Assembly: GCF_003324675.1 (NCBI RefSeq) | Contig: NZ_CP030918.1 | Location: forward strand, 210,001 to 242,000 | Direction: 5' to 3' | Length of the DNA: 32,000 nucleotides | Origin: Paracoccus suum | GTDB taxonomy: Bacteria > Pseudomonadota > Alphaproteobacteria > Rhodobacterales > Rhodobacteraceae | Shown here: positions 1-9,136 of the stretch, piece by piece | Layout: every line of letters begins with the position of its first letter | How positions within the stretch are numbered: the first letter of the stretch is position 1 | Position numbers and translations under genes: made by a program | Notes under the pieces: generated by a model | What the model saw: only the letters and a program-made list of their open reading frames with translations | Told to the model about the DNA's origin: nothing | The model's database searches: none

Positions 1-336
1 CAGAACGCGGCCGATGCGGGTGATGCGCCAGTTCTTGTGCGCACCCGATGCGCCGCTGTCCGCAGAATCACACGCCATTGTGCGGAACTTCCACTGCGTG
101 AATTCCTCGGTCGGGCTTTTCATGCGCGGCGCGGCATAAAGGATCGGGCGCCCTTGCCGGATGGCGAGCAAAACCGCTACCGCAAGCATAAGCACCGAAA
201 GCGGGATCAGGAGCAGCAGGGCAAAAACGATGTCAAACAAGCGCTTGGCCCAGTCCACGCGCGAGGCGATGGCATGGGGCCGAAGGGCGAGGCTGTCGGC
301 TGCACGCGGCGCGGCGCCGGGCCATGACCAGTCCAC
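1..336 (-). CDS. Bacterial sugar transferase (polyprenyl-phosphate hexose-1-phosphate transferase family), N-terminal part; continues off the left edge
   Basis: Edge ORF, absent from the track. My minus-strand translation gives ...VDWAKRLFDIVFALLLLIPLSVLMLAVAVLLAIRQGRPILYAAPRMKSPTEEFTQWKFRTMACDSADSGASGAHKNWRITRIGRVL. This is one TM helix followed by KFRTM and RITRIGR motifs, typical of the PF02397 family. The frame is open up to the stop at 421-423. There is no in-frame ATG; candidate starts are GTG at 336, GTG at 258 or TTG at 396. Confidence 0.6.
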   Translation of the reverse strand, partial: MDWSWPGAAPRAADSLALRPHAIASRVDWAKRLFDIVFALLLLIPLSVLMLAVAVLLAIRQGRPILYAAPRMKSPTEEFTQWKFRTMACDSADSGASGAHKNWRITRIGRVL

Positions 337-606
337 GGCCTTGACGGTCGCAGCCTTGCCCCGATCGGAACCGTGCCAATCATGCTGGATGGTCAACCGG
401 TCCCCCGACGCTGCGCGATTTCAGCTATTTGAATACCACTTTGGCGGAACAAAGAAAACCAGCGCTCGCGCAGCTGTGTCCGCGGGTGGGCCCATTCGGT
501 CACATCGGCTTGGCCATCGGCACGCCCTTTACACCGATGCAGGGAATGACGTCAGGCGCGGTATCGCAGGCGAATGCTCCAAAACCTCGCCCGCCCCGCC
601 CTCGCC

Positions 607-637
607 TTGACCTGCAGCGCCGGTGGACACATATCAT
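607..637 (+). promoter_or_regulatory. Possible sigma70-type promoter for the Nfu gene
   Basis: TTGACC at 607-612 is followed 17-19 nt later by an A/T-rich CATATCAT stretch (630-637). A purine run GAAAGG lies about 8 nt before the ATG at 662. Pattern match only. Confidence 0.3.
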
Positions 638-661
638 CGTCAACATGAAAGGCGGCCCGCG

Positions 662-1222
662 ATGTTCATTCAAACCGAAACCACCCCCAACCCGGCGACG
701 TTGAAGTTTCTGCCCGGTCAGCCGGTGCTGGTCGATGGCACGGCGGATTACCCCACGCCCCAGGTGGCGGAAAACTCGCCCCTCGCGATGCGCATCTACC
801 GGGTCCCCGGGGTTAGCGGCGTGTTCCTCGGCTCGGACTTCGTCACCGTGACCAAGGAAGATGCGGCCCCTTGGGACCACATCAAGCCGGGCGTTCTGGG
901 CGCCATCATGGAGCATTACCAGTCCGGCGAGCCCGCGGTCGTCACCCTGGGCGACGAGGCGGTCGCCAATGTCTCGCATGATCCGGAGGACGACCAGATC
1001 GTCGTCCAGATCAAGGAACTGCTCGATACCCGCGTCCGCCCCGCCGTGGCGCAGGATGGCGGTGACATCACCTTTCACGGGTTTGACCGCGGCATCGTCT
1101 ACCTGCACATGAAGGGCGCCTGCTCGGGCTGCCCGTCCTCGACGCTGACGTTGAAAATGGGGATCGAGAACCTGCTGCGGCACTACATCCCCGAGGTGCT
1201 CGAGGTGCGGCCGGTTGCCTGA
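662..1222 (+). CDS. NifU/Nfu-type Fe-S cluster scaffold/carrier protein (Nfu_N plus NifU C-terminal domain)
   Basis: MFIQTETTPNPATLKFLPG is the typical Nfu N-terminal domain start. The C-terminal part has GGDITFHGFD...MKGACSGCPSSTLTLK (CxxC motif). Track ORF 623..1222 was trimmed to the internal ATG at 662. Confidence 0.9.
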   Translation: MFIQTETTPNPATLKFLPGQPVLVDGTADYPTPQVAENSPLAMRIYRVPGVSGVFLGSDFVTVTKEDAAPWDHIKPGVLGAIMEHYQSGEPAVVTLGDEAVANVSHDPEDDQIVVQIKELLDTRVRPAVAQDGGDITFHGFDRGIVYLHMKGACSGCPSSTLTLKMGIENLLRHYIPEVLEVRPVA

Positions 1223-1907
1223 CCCGATCTGCCTTGGCTTTGATACATCGGCCGCGCATTGCGCGGCCGCTTTGCTGTCCGGCGAGCGTGTGCTGTCAGT
1301 CCGGGCAGAGCCCATGGCCAAGGGTCAGGCCGAGGCGCTGATGCCGCTGCTCGAGGCGCTGCTGGCCGAAGCCCAGCTTGGCTGGGCGCAGCTTGACGTG
1401 ATCGGGGTCGGCATTGGCCCGGGCAGTTTTACCGGCACGCGCATTGCTGTGTCGGCGGCGCGCGGGCTGGCCCTGGGGCTGGGAATCCCGGCGATCGGGG
1501 TGAGCGGTCTCGAAGCACTGGCGGCGGGAGGCAACGTGAAGGACGACCCCGGGCCCGCAAACGGGCCGTCTGCCGGTGCCGACCTGTCCACGCCGGTTTC
1601 CCTCGATACAAATGGCCTTGTCCGAGTTATGCTGCCCCTGAGGACGGGCGAACGTGCCGTGCAGGACTTCCCCGCCAGCGGCGCCCCGGAACCGATGCGG
1701 ATCGAGCCGGGCAGTTGCACCCCGCCCAACCCCGAAACGCTGGCCGTAGGCATCGCCCGCGAGGCCCTTGCGCGACGGGTTGAGCCGGGACCCCGCCCAG
1801 CGCCGATCTACGTGCGCCCGGCCGATGCCGCGCCGTCGCGGGACCCTGGTCCGGTGATCCTGCCGGGTTTGGCCGCGCCTTCTCAGCCCACAGATGCCGC
1901 GCGCTGA
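1215..1907 (+). CDS. tsaB: tRNA threonylcarbamoyladenosine (t6A) biosynthesis protein TsaB
   Basis: ICLGFDTSAAHCAAALL...GVGIGPGSFTGTRIAVSAARGLALGLGIPAIGVSGLEALA matches the YeaZ/TsaB N-terminal ASKHA fold. TTG start at 1215 overlaps the upstream stop by 8 nt. rimI follows, the usual partner. A Gly/Pro-rich stretch (about 1527-1592) looks like a lineage-specific insertion. Confidence 0.85.
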   Translation: MPDPICLGFDTSAAHCAAALLSGERVLSVRAEPMAKGQAEALMPLLEALLAEAQLGWAQLDVIGVGIGPGSFTGTRIAVSAARGLALGLGIPAIGVSGLEALAAGGNVKDDPGPANGPSAGADLSTPVSLDTNGLVRVMLPLRTGERAVQDFPASGAPEPMRIEPGSCTPPNPETLAVGIAREALARRVEPGPRPAPIYVRPADAAPSRDPGPVILPGLAAPSQPTDAAR

Positions 1908-1925
1908 TGTGAGCGGCAGGGGCCG

Positions 1926-2396
1926 ATGACGGAGGACCGCAGCCTTTCCCAAATGGTGCTCACCGGGGATGACCTTGATCCCCAGCAACTCGCGCTGCTG
2001 CACGCGCGCTGCTTTACCGGTGCCCCGGCGCCATGGAGCGCGGCCTCCATCGCCTCTGCCCTCGCAGGTCCCGGTGCCATCGCGCTGGGAGGGAGCGACG
2101 GCTTCTTGCTCGGCCGGGTGATTGCCGGTGAGGCGGAATTGCTGACCCTCGCCGTCGCGCCGGGGGCCCGGCGCAACGGCCTTGGTGCTCGGCTCGTGCG
2201 CGGATTTGCCGACGCGGCGAAGGGGCAAGGGGCGCTCAGCGCCTTTCTCGAGGTGGCCGAGGATAATGCCGCGGCGCGGGCGCTTTATGCGGCCGCGGGC
2301 TGGACTCAGGCTGGCCGCCGTCCTGGCTATTACGGCAAGGGATTGGACGCGCTGATCCTGCGTCTGGCGCTCGGTGCCGGCCAAGATTCCGATTGA
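1926..2396 (+). CDS. rimI: Ribosomal-protein-alanine N-acetyltransferase (GNAT family)
   Basis: GNAT motif region AELLTLAVAPGARRNGLGARLV...FLEVAEDNAAARALYAAAGW. Located directly downstream of tsaB. The start could instead be the internal M at 1953. Confidence 0.8.
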   Translation: MTEDRSLSQMVLTGDDLDPQQLALLHARCFTGAPAPWSAASIASALAGPGAIALGGSDGFLLGRVIAGEAELLTLAVAPGARRNGLGARLVRGFADAAKGQGALSAFLEVAEDNAAARALYAAAGWTQAGRRPGYYGKGLDALILRLALGAGQDSD

Positions 2397-2475
2397 CCGC
2401 CTGCGATCGCTTCGACCAAATCCCTCTATTCAGGCGGGCCTCAGACCCGCGGTCACCTCGGGAAGGGTTTGGCCC

Positions 2476-3465
2476 ATGACGATCACGAAAACCTTGCTGG
2501 CGGGCGTCGCCGGCCTCGCGCTGAGTGCCGTCGCCGCAGCTGCCGATCCGGCGCTGATCTATGATCTTGGCGGCAAGTTCGACAAATCCTTCAACGAGGC
2601 CGCCTTCCACGGCGCCGAGAAATGGAAGGCCGAAACCGGCGGCACCTACAAGGAACTGGAGATGCAGTCCGAGGCGCAGCGCGAGCAGGCCCTGCGCCGC
2701 CTTGCCGAGACCGGCGCCAACCCCATCGTCATGACCGGCTTTGCCTTTGGCGACGTGCTGAACAAGGTCGCGCCCGACTACAAGGACACCAAGTTCGTCA
2801 TCGTCGATACCGTGGTCGACCAGCCGAACGTCCAGTCCGTCGTCTTCACCGAAGAGCAAGGCAGCTACCTGGCCGGCGTTCTGGCCGCGATGGCCTCCAA
2901 GACCGGCACCGTCGGCTTTGTCGGCGGGATGGACATCCCCCTGATCCACAAGTTCGAATGCGGTTATGCCGAAGGCTTCAAGTCGGTCAAGCCGGACGGC
3001 AAGGTCCTGGTCAACTACACCGGCACGACGCCCGCCGCCTGGAACGATCCGGTCAAGGGCGGCGAGCTGGCCAAAGCGCAGAAATCGCAAGGGGCCGACG
3101 TGATCTATGCCGCCGCCGGTGGCACCGGGATCGGCGTGCTGCAGGCCGCTGCGGACGAGGGCATCCTGTCGGTCGGCGTCGACAGCAACCAGAACCACCT
3201 GCACCCGGGCAAGGTGCTGACCTCGATGATCAAGCGCGTCGACAACTCCGTCTACGAGGCGTTCAAGGCGGGTGCCGACGTCAAGCCGGGCACGCGGGTC
3301 ATGGACCTCGCCTCCGACGGGGTCGGCGTTGCCATCGACGACAACAACAAGGCCCTGATCACACCCGAGATGACCAAGGCCGTCGAGGAAGCCACCGCCA
3401 AGATCAAGTCCGGCGAGGTCAAGGTCCACGATTACATGAGCGACAACACCTGCCCGGCCAGCTGA
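2476..3465 (+). CDS. BMP-family (PnrA/Med-like) ABC transporter substrate-binding protein, probably for nucleosides
   Basis: Signal peptide MTITKTLLAGVAGLALSAVAAAA. Family-typical segments include DLGGKFDKSFNEAA, FVGGMDIPLI..F..GY..G and AAGGTGIGV. GGAAGGG lies 9 nt before the ATG at 2476. Track ORF trimmed from 2374. Confidence 0.9.
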   Translation: MTITKTLLAGVAGLALSAVAAAADPALIYDLGGKFDKSFNEAAFHGAEKWKAETGGTYKELEMQSEAQREQALRRLAETGANPIVMTGFAFGDVLNKVAPDYKDTKFVIVDTVVDQPNVQSVVFTEEQGSYLAGVLAAMASKTGTVGFVGGMDIPLIHKFECGYAEGFKSVKPDGKVLVNYTGTTPAAWNDPVKGGELAKAQKSQGADVIYAAAGGTGIGVLQAAADEGILSVGVDSNQNHLHPGKVLTSMIKRVDNSVYEAFKAGADVKPGTRVMDLASDGVGVAIDDNNKALITPEMTKAVEEATAKIKSGEVKVHDYMSDNTCPAS

Positions 3466-5072
3466 TGGCCCCGCAGGACCTGCCCGGCAATGCGGGGGCG
3501 GCGGCAACGTCCGCCCCCGACCTCGTTCGCGTGGACGTGCCGCCAGCGATCGAGCTGATAGGCATTTCCAAGGCCTTTGGCCCCGTGCAGGCCAACCGCG
3601 ACATCAACCTGACCGTCCAGCGTGGCACGATCCACGGCATTGTCGGCGAGAACGGCGCCGGCAAATCCACCCTGATGTCGATCCTCTACGGCTTTTACCG
3701 TCCCGACGCCGGCGAGATCCGGGTCGGCGGCCAGCCCCTGACCATCGCCGACAGCCAGACCGCGATCCGGGCGGGCATCGGCATGGTGTTCCAGCATTTC
3801 AAACTGGTGCGCAATTTCACCGTCCTCGAAAACGTCATCCTCGGGGCTGAGGACGGCCCTTGGCTCGCCCGCTCGCTGGCCCGGGCGCGGGGCGAATTGA
3901 CGCGTCTGGCGCGCGATTACGAGTTGAACGTCGATCCCGGCGAGGTCGTGGACGAGTTGTCCGTCGGCCACCAGCAACGGGTCGAGATCCTCAAGGCGCT
4001 GTACCGCCAGGCCGACATCCTGATCCTTGACGAGCCGACCGGCGTTCTGACCCCGCCCGAGGCCGACCACCTGTTCCGCATCCTGCGCGGCCTCAGGGAC
4101 GAGGGCAAAACGATCATCCTGATCACCCACAAGCTGCGCGAGATCATGGAGATCACAGACAACGTCTCCGTCATGCGCCGAGGCGAGATGGTGGCGACGC
4201 TGGAGACCGCCCGAACCTCTCCGGCCGAGCTGGCCGAGCTGATGGTGGGCCGCAAGGTGCTGCTGCGCGTCGACAAGGCCCCCGCCCAGCCGGGCCCGCC
4301 GGTTCTGGAGGTGCGGGACCTGCGCCTGATCGACCCCGACGGCGTCGAACGGCTGCGCGGGATCGACCTGACAGTGCGCGCCGGCGAGATCGTCGGCATC
4401 GCCGGCGTCAGCGGCAACGGCCAGACCGAACTACTTGAATTGCTGGGCGGCTTCCCCGAGGTCGCCAGCAAGGCCAGCGGCCAGATCCATGTGGGTGGCC
4501 GGCCCCTGCCGCTGATCGGCCGCGGCGCCGATGCCGCCGCTCGGCGCGCCGCCGGCATCGGCCATGTCCCCGAGGACCGCCAGGCCGAGGGCCTGATCAT
4601 GGATTTCGCCGCCTGGGAGAACGCCATCTTCGGCGAGCATCGCGACGCCCGCTGGGGCGGCCTGCTGATGGACAACGATACCATCCGCCGCGACACCGCG
4701 GGCAAGATGGAGCGCTTTGACGTCCGCCCCCGCGACTGCAACCTGCCCGCCAAGAATTTCTCCGGCGGCAACCAGCAAAAGTTGATCTGCGCCCGCGAGA
4801 TCGAGCGCGGACCGCGCCTGCTGCTGGTCGGCCAGCCAACACGCGGCGTGGATATCGGCGCCATCGAGTTCATCCACCGCCAGATCGTCGCTCTGCGCGA
4901 CACCGGCGCCGCCATCCTGCTGGTCAGCGTCGAACTGGACGAGATCATGTCCCTGTCCGACCGCATCGTGGTGATGTTCGACGGCCGCATCATGGGCGAG
5001 CGCGATGCCGGCACCACCGATGCCACGGAGCTGGGCCTGATGATGGCGGGCGCCGAGCGGGGCGCGGCATGA
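3465..5072 (+). CDS. ABC transporter ATP-binding protein with two fused ATPase domains (sugar/nucleoside importer type)
   Basis: Walker A GENGAGKST, signature LSVGHQQR and Walker B ILILDEPT in the first half. NFSGGNQQK and LLLVGQPTRGVDIG in the second half. ATG at 3465 shares one base with the upstream TGA. The 816 aa track ORF (2622..) is an out-of-gene 5' extension. Confidence 0.92.
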   Translation: MAPQDLPGNAGAAATSAPDLVRVDVPPAIELIGISKAFGPVQANRDINLTVQRGTIHGIVGENGAGKSTLMSILYGFYRPDAGEIRVGGQPLTIADSQTAIRAGIGMVFQHFKLVRNFTVLENVILGAEDGPWLARSLARARGELTRLARDYELNVDPGEVVDELSVGHQQRVEILKALYRQADILILDEPTGVLTPPEADHLFRILRGLRDEGKTIILITHKLREIMEITDNVSVMRRGEMVATLETARTSPAELAELMVGRKVLLRVDKAPAQPGPPVLEVRDLRLIDPDGVERLRGIDLTVRAGEIVGIAGVSGNGQTELLELLGGFPEVASKASGQIHVGGRPLPLIGRGADAAARRAAGIGHVPEDRQAEGLIMDFAAWENAIFGEHRDARWGGLLMDNDTIRRDTAGKMERFDVRPRDCNLPAKNFSGGNQQKLICAREIERGPRLLLVGQPTRGVDIGAIEFIHRQIVALRDTGAAILLVSVELDEIMSLSDRIVVMFDGRIMGERDAGTTDATELGLMMAGAERGAA

Positions 5073-5139
5073 CCCTTCCCGCCCCTGCCCCAGGCAACCC
5101 CGCAAGACAGATGATCCAGATGCCGGAGCGGCCCGTCAC

Positions 5140-6300
5140 ATGACCGACAGCGTTCAACGCGCCGCCTCGCCGCAACTCGATCCTGCGCCACCTGCGCCGC
5201 CGCGCGCAGTGCGGCAGGGCCTGCCGCCATGGGCCGACGCCGTCCTGGTGCCGGTCATCTCGCTGCTGCTCGCCTTTGCCATCAGCGCCGTGGTGATCCT
5301 CCTGATCGGCGAATCCCCCTGGGCGGCATTGAAGGTGATGGTGACCGGCGCCCTTGGGTCCAGCTACGGCTGGGGCTTCACCCTCTATTACGCCACCAAC
5401 TTCATCTTCACCGGGCTCGCGGTCTCCGTGGCCTATCACGCAGGCCTCTTCAACATCGGCGGCGAGGGGCAAGCCGCGATGGGCGGCCTCGGGGTCGCGC
5501 TGGTTCTGCTGGCGGTGCCATGGCCGCATTGGGCGCTGGCACTTCCCGCAGCGATGGTCGGCGCTTCCGCGTTCGGCGCCTTGTGGGCGCTGATCCCGGC
5601 ATGGCTGCAGGCGCGGCGCGGCAGCCATATCGTAATCACGACGATCATGTTCAACTTCATCGCCGCGGCGCTGCTGAACTATGTGCTGGTCAACATCCTG
5701 CGCCCCGTGGGCAGCATGGACCCGGCCTCGGCCCGCTTTCCGCAAGCGGCGCATCTGCCTAAGCTGGGCGAGATCGCGGCCAGCCTCGGGTTCGCATGGG
5801 GCAAGAATACCCCAGCCAACGTCACCCTGTTCATCGCGCTCGGGGCCTGCGTTCTCGTCTGGCTGCTCATCTGGCGCACCCGGCTGGGATACGAGATCCG
5901 CGCCTTTGGCCGGTCGGAAAAGGCGGCGCTCTATGCCGGCATTTCGCCGACGCGGATCACGGTTGTCGCCATGCTGATCTCGGGCGGGCTGGCCGGGCTG
6001 ATGGCGATCAACAACGTCATGGGCGAGAGCGAGCGGCTGGTGCTGAACGCGGTCGAGGGCGCTGGCTTCATCGGCATCGCTGTCGCGCTGATGGGCCGCA
6101 ACCATCCCTTCGGCATCCTGCTGGCGGCGCTGCTGTTCGGCTTCCTCTACCAGGGCGGGGGCGAGTTGGCCCTATGGACCACTATCCCGCGCGAACTGAT
6201 CACCGTCATCCAGGCGCTGGTGATCCTTTTCACCGGCGCGCTCGACAATCTGGTGCGCATGCCGTTGGAGCGGCTGTGGCTGAACCGGGGGCGCGGTTGA
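5140..6300 (+). CDS. ABC transporter permease (BMP-type, YufP-like)
   Basis: Multi-pass hydrophobic protein with LFNIGGEGQ near the N-terminal part. Position follows the ATPase. Confidence 0.88.
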   Translation: MTDSVQRAASPQLDPAPPAPPRAVRQGLPPWADAVLVPVISLLLAFAISAVVILLIGESPWAALKVMVTGALGSSYGWGFTLYYATNFIFTGLAVSVAYHAGLFNIGGEGQAAMGGLGVALVLLAVPWPHWALALPAAMVGASAFGALWALIPAWLQARRGSHIVITTIMFNFIAAALLNYVLVNILRPVGSMDPASARFPQAAHLPKLGEIAASLGFAWGKNTPANVTLFIALGACVLVWLLIWRTRLGYEIRAFGRSEKAALYAGISPTRITVVAMLISGGLAGLMAINNVMGESERLVLNAVEGAGFIGIAVALMGRNHPFGILLAALLFGFLYQGGGELALWTTIPRELITVIQALVILFTGALDNLVRMPLERLWLNRGRG

Positions 6301-7265
6301 TGAACTACTCCATCGCACTCGAGGTTCTCGACAGCGCAGTGCGGTTGATGACGCCGTTGCTGCTGGCTTGCCTTGCCGGTCTTTATTCCGAACGTTCGGG
6401 CGTGTTCGACATCGGCCTCGAAGGCAAGATGCTGATGGCCGCCTTTACCTCGGCTTCGGTCGCCTATGTCACCGGCAATGTGTGGCTGGGATTGGCCGCG
6501 GGCATTGGCGGGGCGATGGCGATGGCGCTGGTTCACGGCCTCGCCTCGATCACCTTTCGCGGCAATCAGCTGATTTCGGGCGTTGCGATCAACTTTCTGG
6601 CCAGCGGGCTGACGGTGCTGCTCGGACAGAAATGGTTCGGCCTCGGGGGACGCAGCCCGGCGCTGGAAGGGGGGGCCCGGTTCTCGCCGGTGACGCTGCC
6701 GGGCGCGGATGCGCTGGCGGGGGTCCCGATCTTCGGGCCGCTCTACCGCGAGGTCATCTCGGGGCACACGCCGCTGGTCTATGTCGCCTTCCTGGCTGTG
6801 CCGCTGACATGGTGGCTGCTTTATCGCACGCGCTTTGGCCTGCGGCTGCGGGCGGTCGGTGAAAACCCGGCCTCGGTCGATACCGCGGGTGTGTCGGTTG
6901 TGCGGTTGCGCTACGGCGCGGTCGCCATCGCCGGGCTGCTGTGCGGCCTTGCCGGGGCCTATCTTGCGACCGGACTGTCGGCAGGTTTCGTCAAGGAGAT
7001 GACTGCCGGGCGAGGCTTCATCGCGCTCGCGGCGCTGATCTTTGCCAAGTGGCGCCCTTGGCCCGCCCTGGGCGCGACCTTCCTCTTCGCCCTGCTCGAG
7101 GCACTGGCCAACCGCTACCCGGAGATCAGCCTTGGCCCGCTGACGATCCCCTCGATGTTCATGAACACCCTGCCCTACATCCTGACTGTGATCATCCTCG
7201 CCGGCTTTGTCGGTCGTGCCATTCCACCGCGCGCGGGCGGCCAGCCATACGTGAAGGAACGCTGA
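6300..7265 (+). CDS. ABC transporter permease (BMP-type, YufQ-like)
   Basis: MNYSIALEVLDSAVRLMTPLLLACLAGLYSERSGVFDIGLEGKM. ATG at 6300 shares one base with the upstream TGA. Multi-pass hydrophobic protein. Confidence 0.88.
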   Translation: MNYSIALEVLDSAVRLMTPLLLACLAGLYSERSGVFDIGLEGKMLMAAFTSASVAYVTGNVWLGLAAGIGGAMAMALVHGLASITFRGNQLISGVAINFLASGLTVLLGQKWFGLGGRSPALEGGARFSPVTLPGADALAGVPIFGPLYREVISGHTPLVYVAFLAVPLTWWLLYRTRFGLRLRAVGENPASVDTAGVSVVRLRYGAVAIAGLLCGLAGAYLATGLSAGFVKEMTAGRGFIALAALIFAKWRPWPALGATFLFALLEALANRYPEISLGPLTIPSMFMNTLPYILTVIILAGFVGRAIPPRAGGQPYVKER

Positions 7266-8071
7266 TGCGCGCCGATGATACCGCGGCCCTGATCCGGGCG
7301 CGCTGCGGCGACGCGCCGCCAGAGCTGGCCCTGATCCTCGGCTCCGGCCTCGGCCATCTGGCGGCCGCGGTCGAGGGCGAGGCGATCCCCTACAGCGACC
7401 TGCCGGGGTTTCCCCATGCCGGGGTCAGCGGCCACAACCCGGTGCTGGCGGTCGGCCAGCTGGAGGGGCGGCGGGTCGCGATTCTCGGCGGGCGCGCGCA
7501 TTATTATGAAGGGGGCGGGCCGGCGGTCATGCGCCCTGCACTGGAGGTCATCCGGGCACTGGGCTGCACGCGCCTGCTGCTGACCAATGCGGCGGGCAGC
7601 CTGCGGCCTGACATCCCGCCGGGCGGGTTGATGCTGATCGACGACCACATTGCCTTTGCCGGCACCAACCCGCTGATCGGCGAGCCGTCGGACGCGCGGT
7701 TCGTTCCCATGACCGAGGCCTATGACCGGGGCATGCGCGCCGGCTTGCGGGCGGCAGCAGAGGCGGCGGGCGTTCCGCTGCCCGGCGGGACCTATTGCTG
7801 GTTCAGCGGCCCCAGCTTCGAGACCCCGGCAGAGATCCGAGCCGCCCGAGTGCTGGGCGCGGACGCGGTCGGCATGTCGACCGTGCCCGAGGTCATCCTC
7901 GGGCGGTTCCTGGGCCTGCGTTGCGCCGGCGTGTCGGTCATCACCAACATGGGCGCGGGCCTTTCGGACGAATCCATCAGCCATGATCACACCAAGGCCA
8001 TGGCCCCGGTCGGTGCGGCCAAGCTGGAGCAGGTGCTGCGGCAGCTTCTGCGGGATGGACTGCCCGGTTAG
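7265..8071 (+). CDS. Purine nucleoside phosphorylase (trimeric PNP/PunA-XapA type)
   Basis: LILGSGLG...GHNPVLAVG...RAHYYEG...LLTNAAGSL...GPSFETPAEIR...GADAVGMSTVPEVI are conserved PNP family blocks. ATG at 7265 overlaps the permease stop. Confidence 0.92.
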   Translation: MRADDTAALIRARCGDAPPELALILGSGLGHLAAAVEGEAIPYSDLPGFPHAGVSGHNPVLAVGQLEGRRVAILGGRAHYYEGGGPAVMRPALEVIRALGCTRLLLTNAAGSLRPDIPPGGLMLIDDHIAFAGTNPLIGEPSDARFVPMTEAYDRGMRAGLRAAAEAAGVPLPGGTYCWFSGPSFETPAEIRAARVLGADAVGMSTVPEVILGRFLGLRCAGVSVITNMGAGLSDESISHDHTKAMAPVGAAKLEQVLRQLLRDGLPG

Positions 8072-9135
8072 GCCCTCTCGGTTGCCTGGGCGATCGCCGC
8101 GCAAACGGCATCGGCCGCGGCCTCGATCCCGAGGGGATCCAACGCATCAACCGCGATCACTCCGGTTTCCCGATCAGCATATCGCTCGCGATGCTTGCGG
8201 TAGCGCGGGTCATAGTGATCGGCCATCAGCCCCTCGGCCAGCGGGGCCCAGTCGCGTGCGGCGGCCAATGTCCGCCATTCGGCGATCCGCTCGCGCGGGT
8301 GGGAAGGCGCGAGGCGGTCAAGGATGGCGCTGATTCCCTCGAGATCGCAGCCGGTCTCGGCGTAGGTGGCGGCGGTAAAGGCCGCGCGGGCCGGGCGCGG
8401 CACCTGCAGGCGCAGGCGCGGGGCGGCGGCGATTGCGGCCCAGACGGCCTTCGGCAGATGGCGCTCGCCGATGCGCGACGATTCCGCCTCGAACACAAGC
8501 GGCCGGGTCGGGTCCACCGCCTCGAGCGCGGCAGCAAGGCGGCTCTCGAACAGCGTTTGTGACGGCTGGCCGCCGGGCATTGCGCCGAACAGACTGCCGC
8601 GATGGTTGGCGAGCGCCTCCAGATCGATGACCTGCACGCCGCGGCGCGCCATGGCCGTCAGCACCGCGGTCTTGCCGCTGCCGGTATCGCCATCCAGCAC
8701 CCAGACTGGCGCAGTGATCGGTGTATCGGCGACGCGCGCCACGACCAATCTTCGCCAGGCCTTGTAGCCGCCATCGAGGACCGTGACGCGCCAGCCGATC
8801 TGATCCAGGATCGTCGCGAATGCGCCCGAGCGCATGCCGCCGCGCCAGCAATAGACCAGCGGCTGCCAGCCCCCGCCGAGACCGGCCATAACCGGCCCGG
8901 CGATATGACGCGCGGCATTGGCTGCGACCATCGCCGCGCCCACCTTGCGCGCCTCGAACGGCGAGGCGCGGTAAAGTGTCCCGACATCGGCATGTTCAGA
9001 GTTGCTGAGCACCGGCAGGTTGATCGCGCCGGGCAGGTGGTCCTGCGCGAACTCGGCCGGGGTGCGGACGTCGATGATGGTGTCGAAACCCGCGCCCGTA
9101 TCGACCGAGGCCGGCGGGCGGCGGGTCAGCGTCAC
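8068..9135 (-). CDS. selU: tRNA 2-selenouridine synthase
   Basis: N-terminal rhodanese domain with active-site YCWRGGMRS. P-loop LDGDTGSGKT. C-terminal DHYDPRY region. GTG start at 9135, one base after the upstream stop. Confidence 0.88.
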   Translation of the reverse strand: MTLTRRPPASVDTGAGFDTIIDVRTPAEFAQDHLPGAINLPVLSNSEHADVGTLYRASPFEARKVGAAMVAANAARHIAGPVMAGLGGGWQPLVYCWRGGMRSGAFATILDQIGWRVTVLDGGYKAWRRLVVARVADTPITAPVWVLDGDTGSGKTAVLTAMARRGVQVIDLEALANHRGSLFGAMPGGQPSQTLFESRLAAALEAVDPTRPLVFEAESSRIGERHLPKAVWAAIAAAPRLRLQVPRPARAAFTAATYAETGCDLEGISAILDRLAPSHPRERIAEWRTLAAARDWAPLAEGLMADHYDPRYRKHRERYADRETGVIAVDALDPLGIEAAADAVCAAIAQATERA

Positions 9136-9136
9136 C

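Noticed and set aside
2622-3464. 5' part of the 816 aa ORF, which could suggest a giant fusion ABC protein
   Set aside because: This part lies out of frame within the BMP binding-protein gene and is Arg-rich noise. The ATPase has a clean ATG at 3465 that overlaps the upstream stop.
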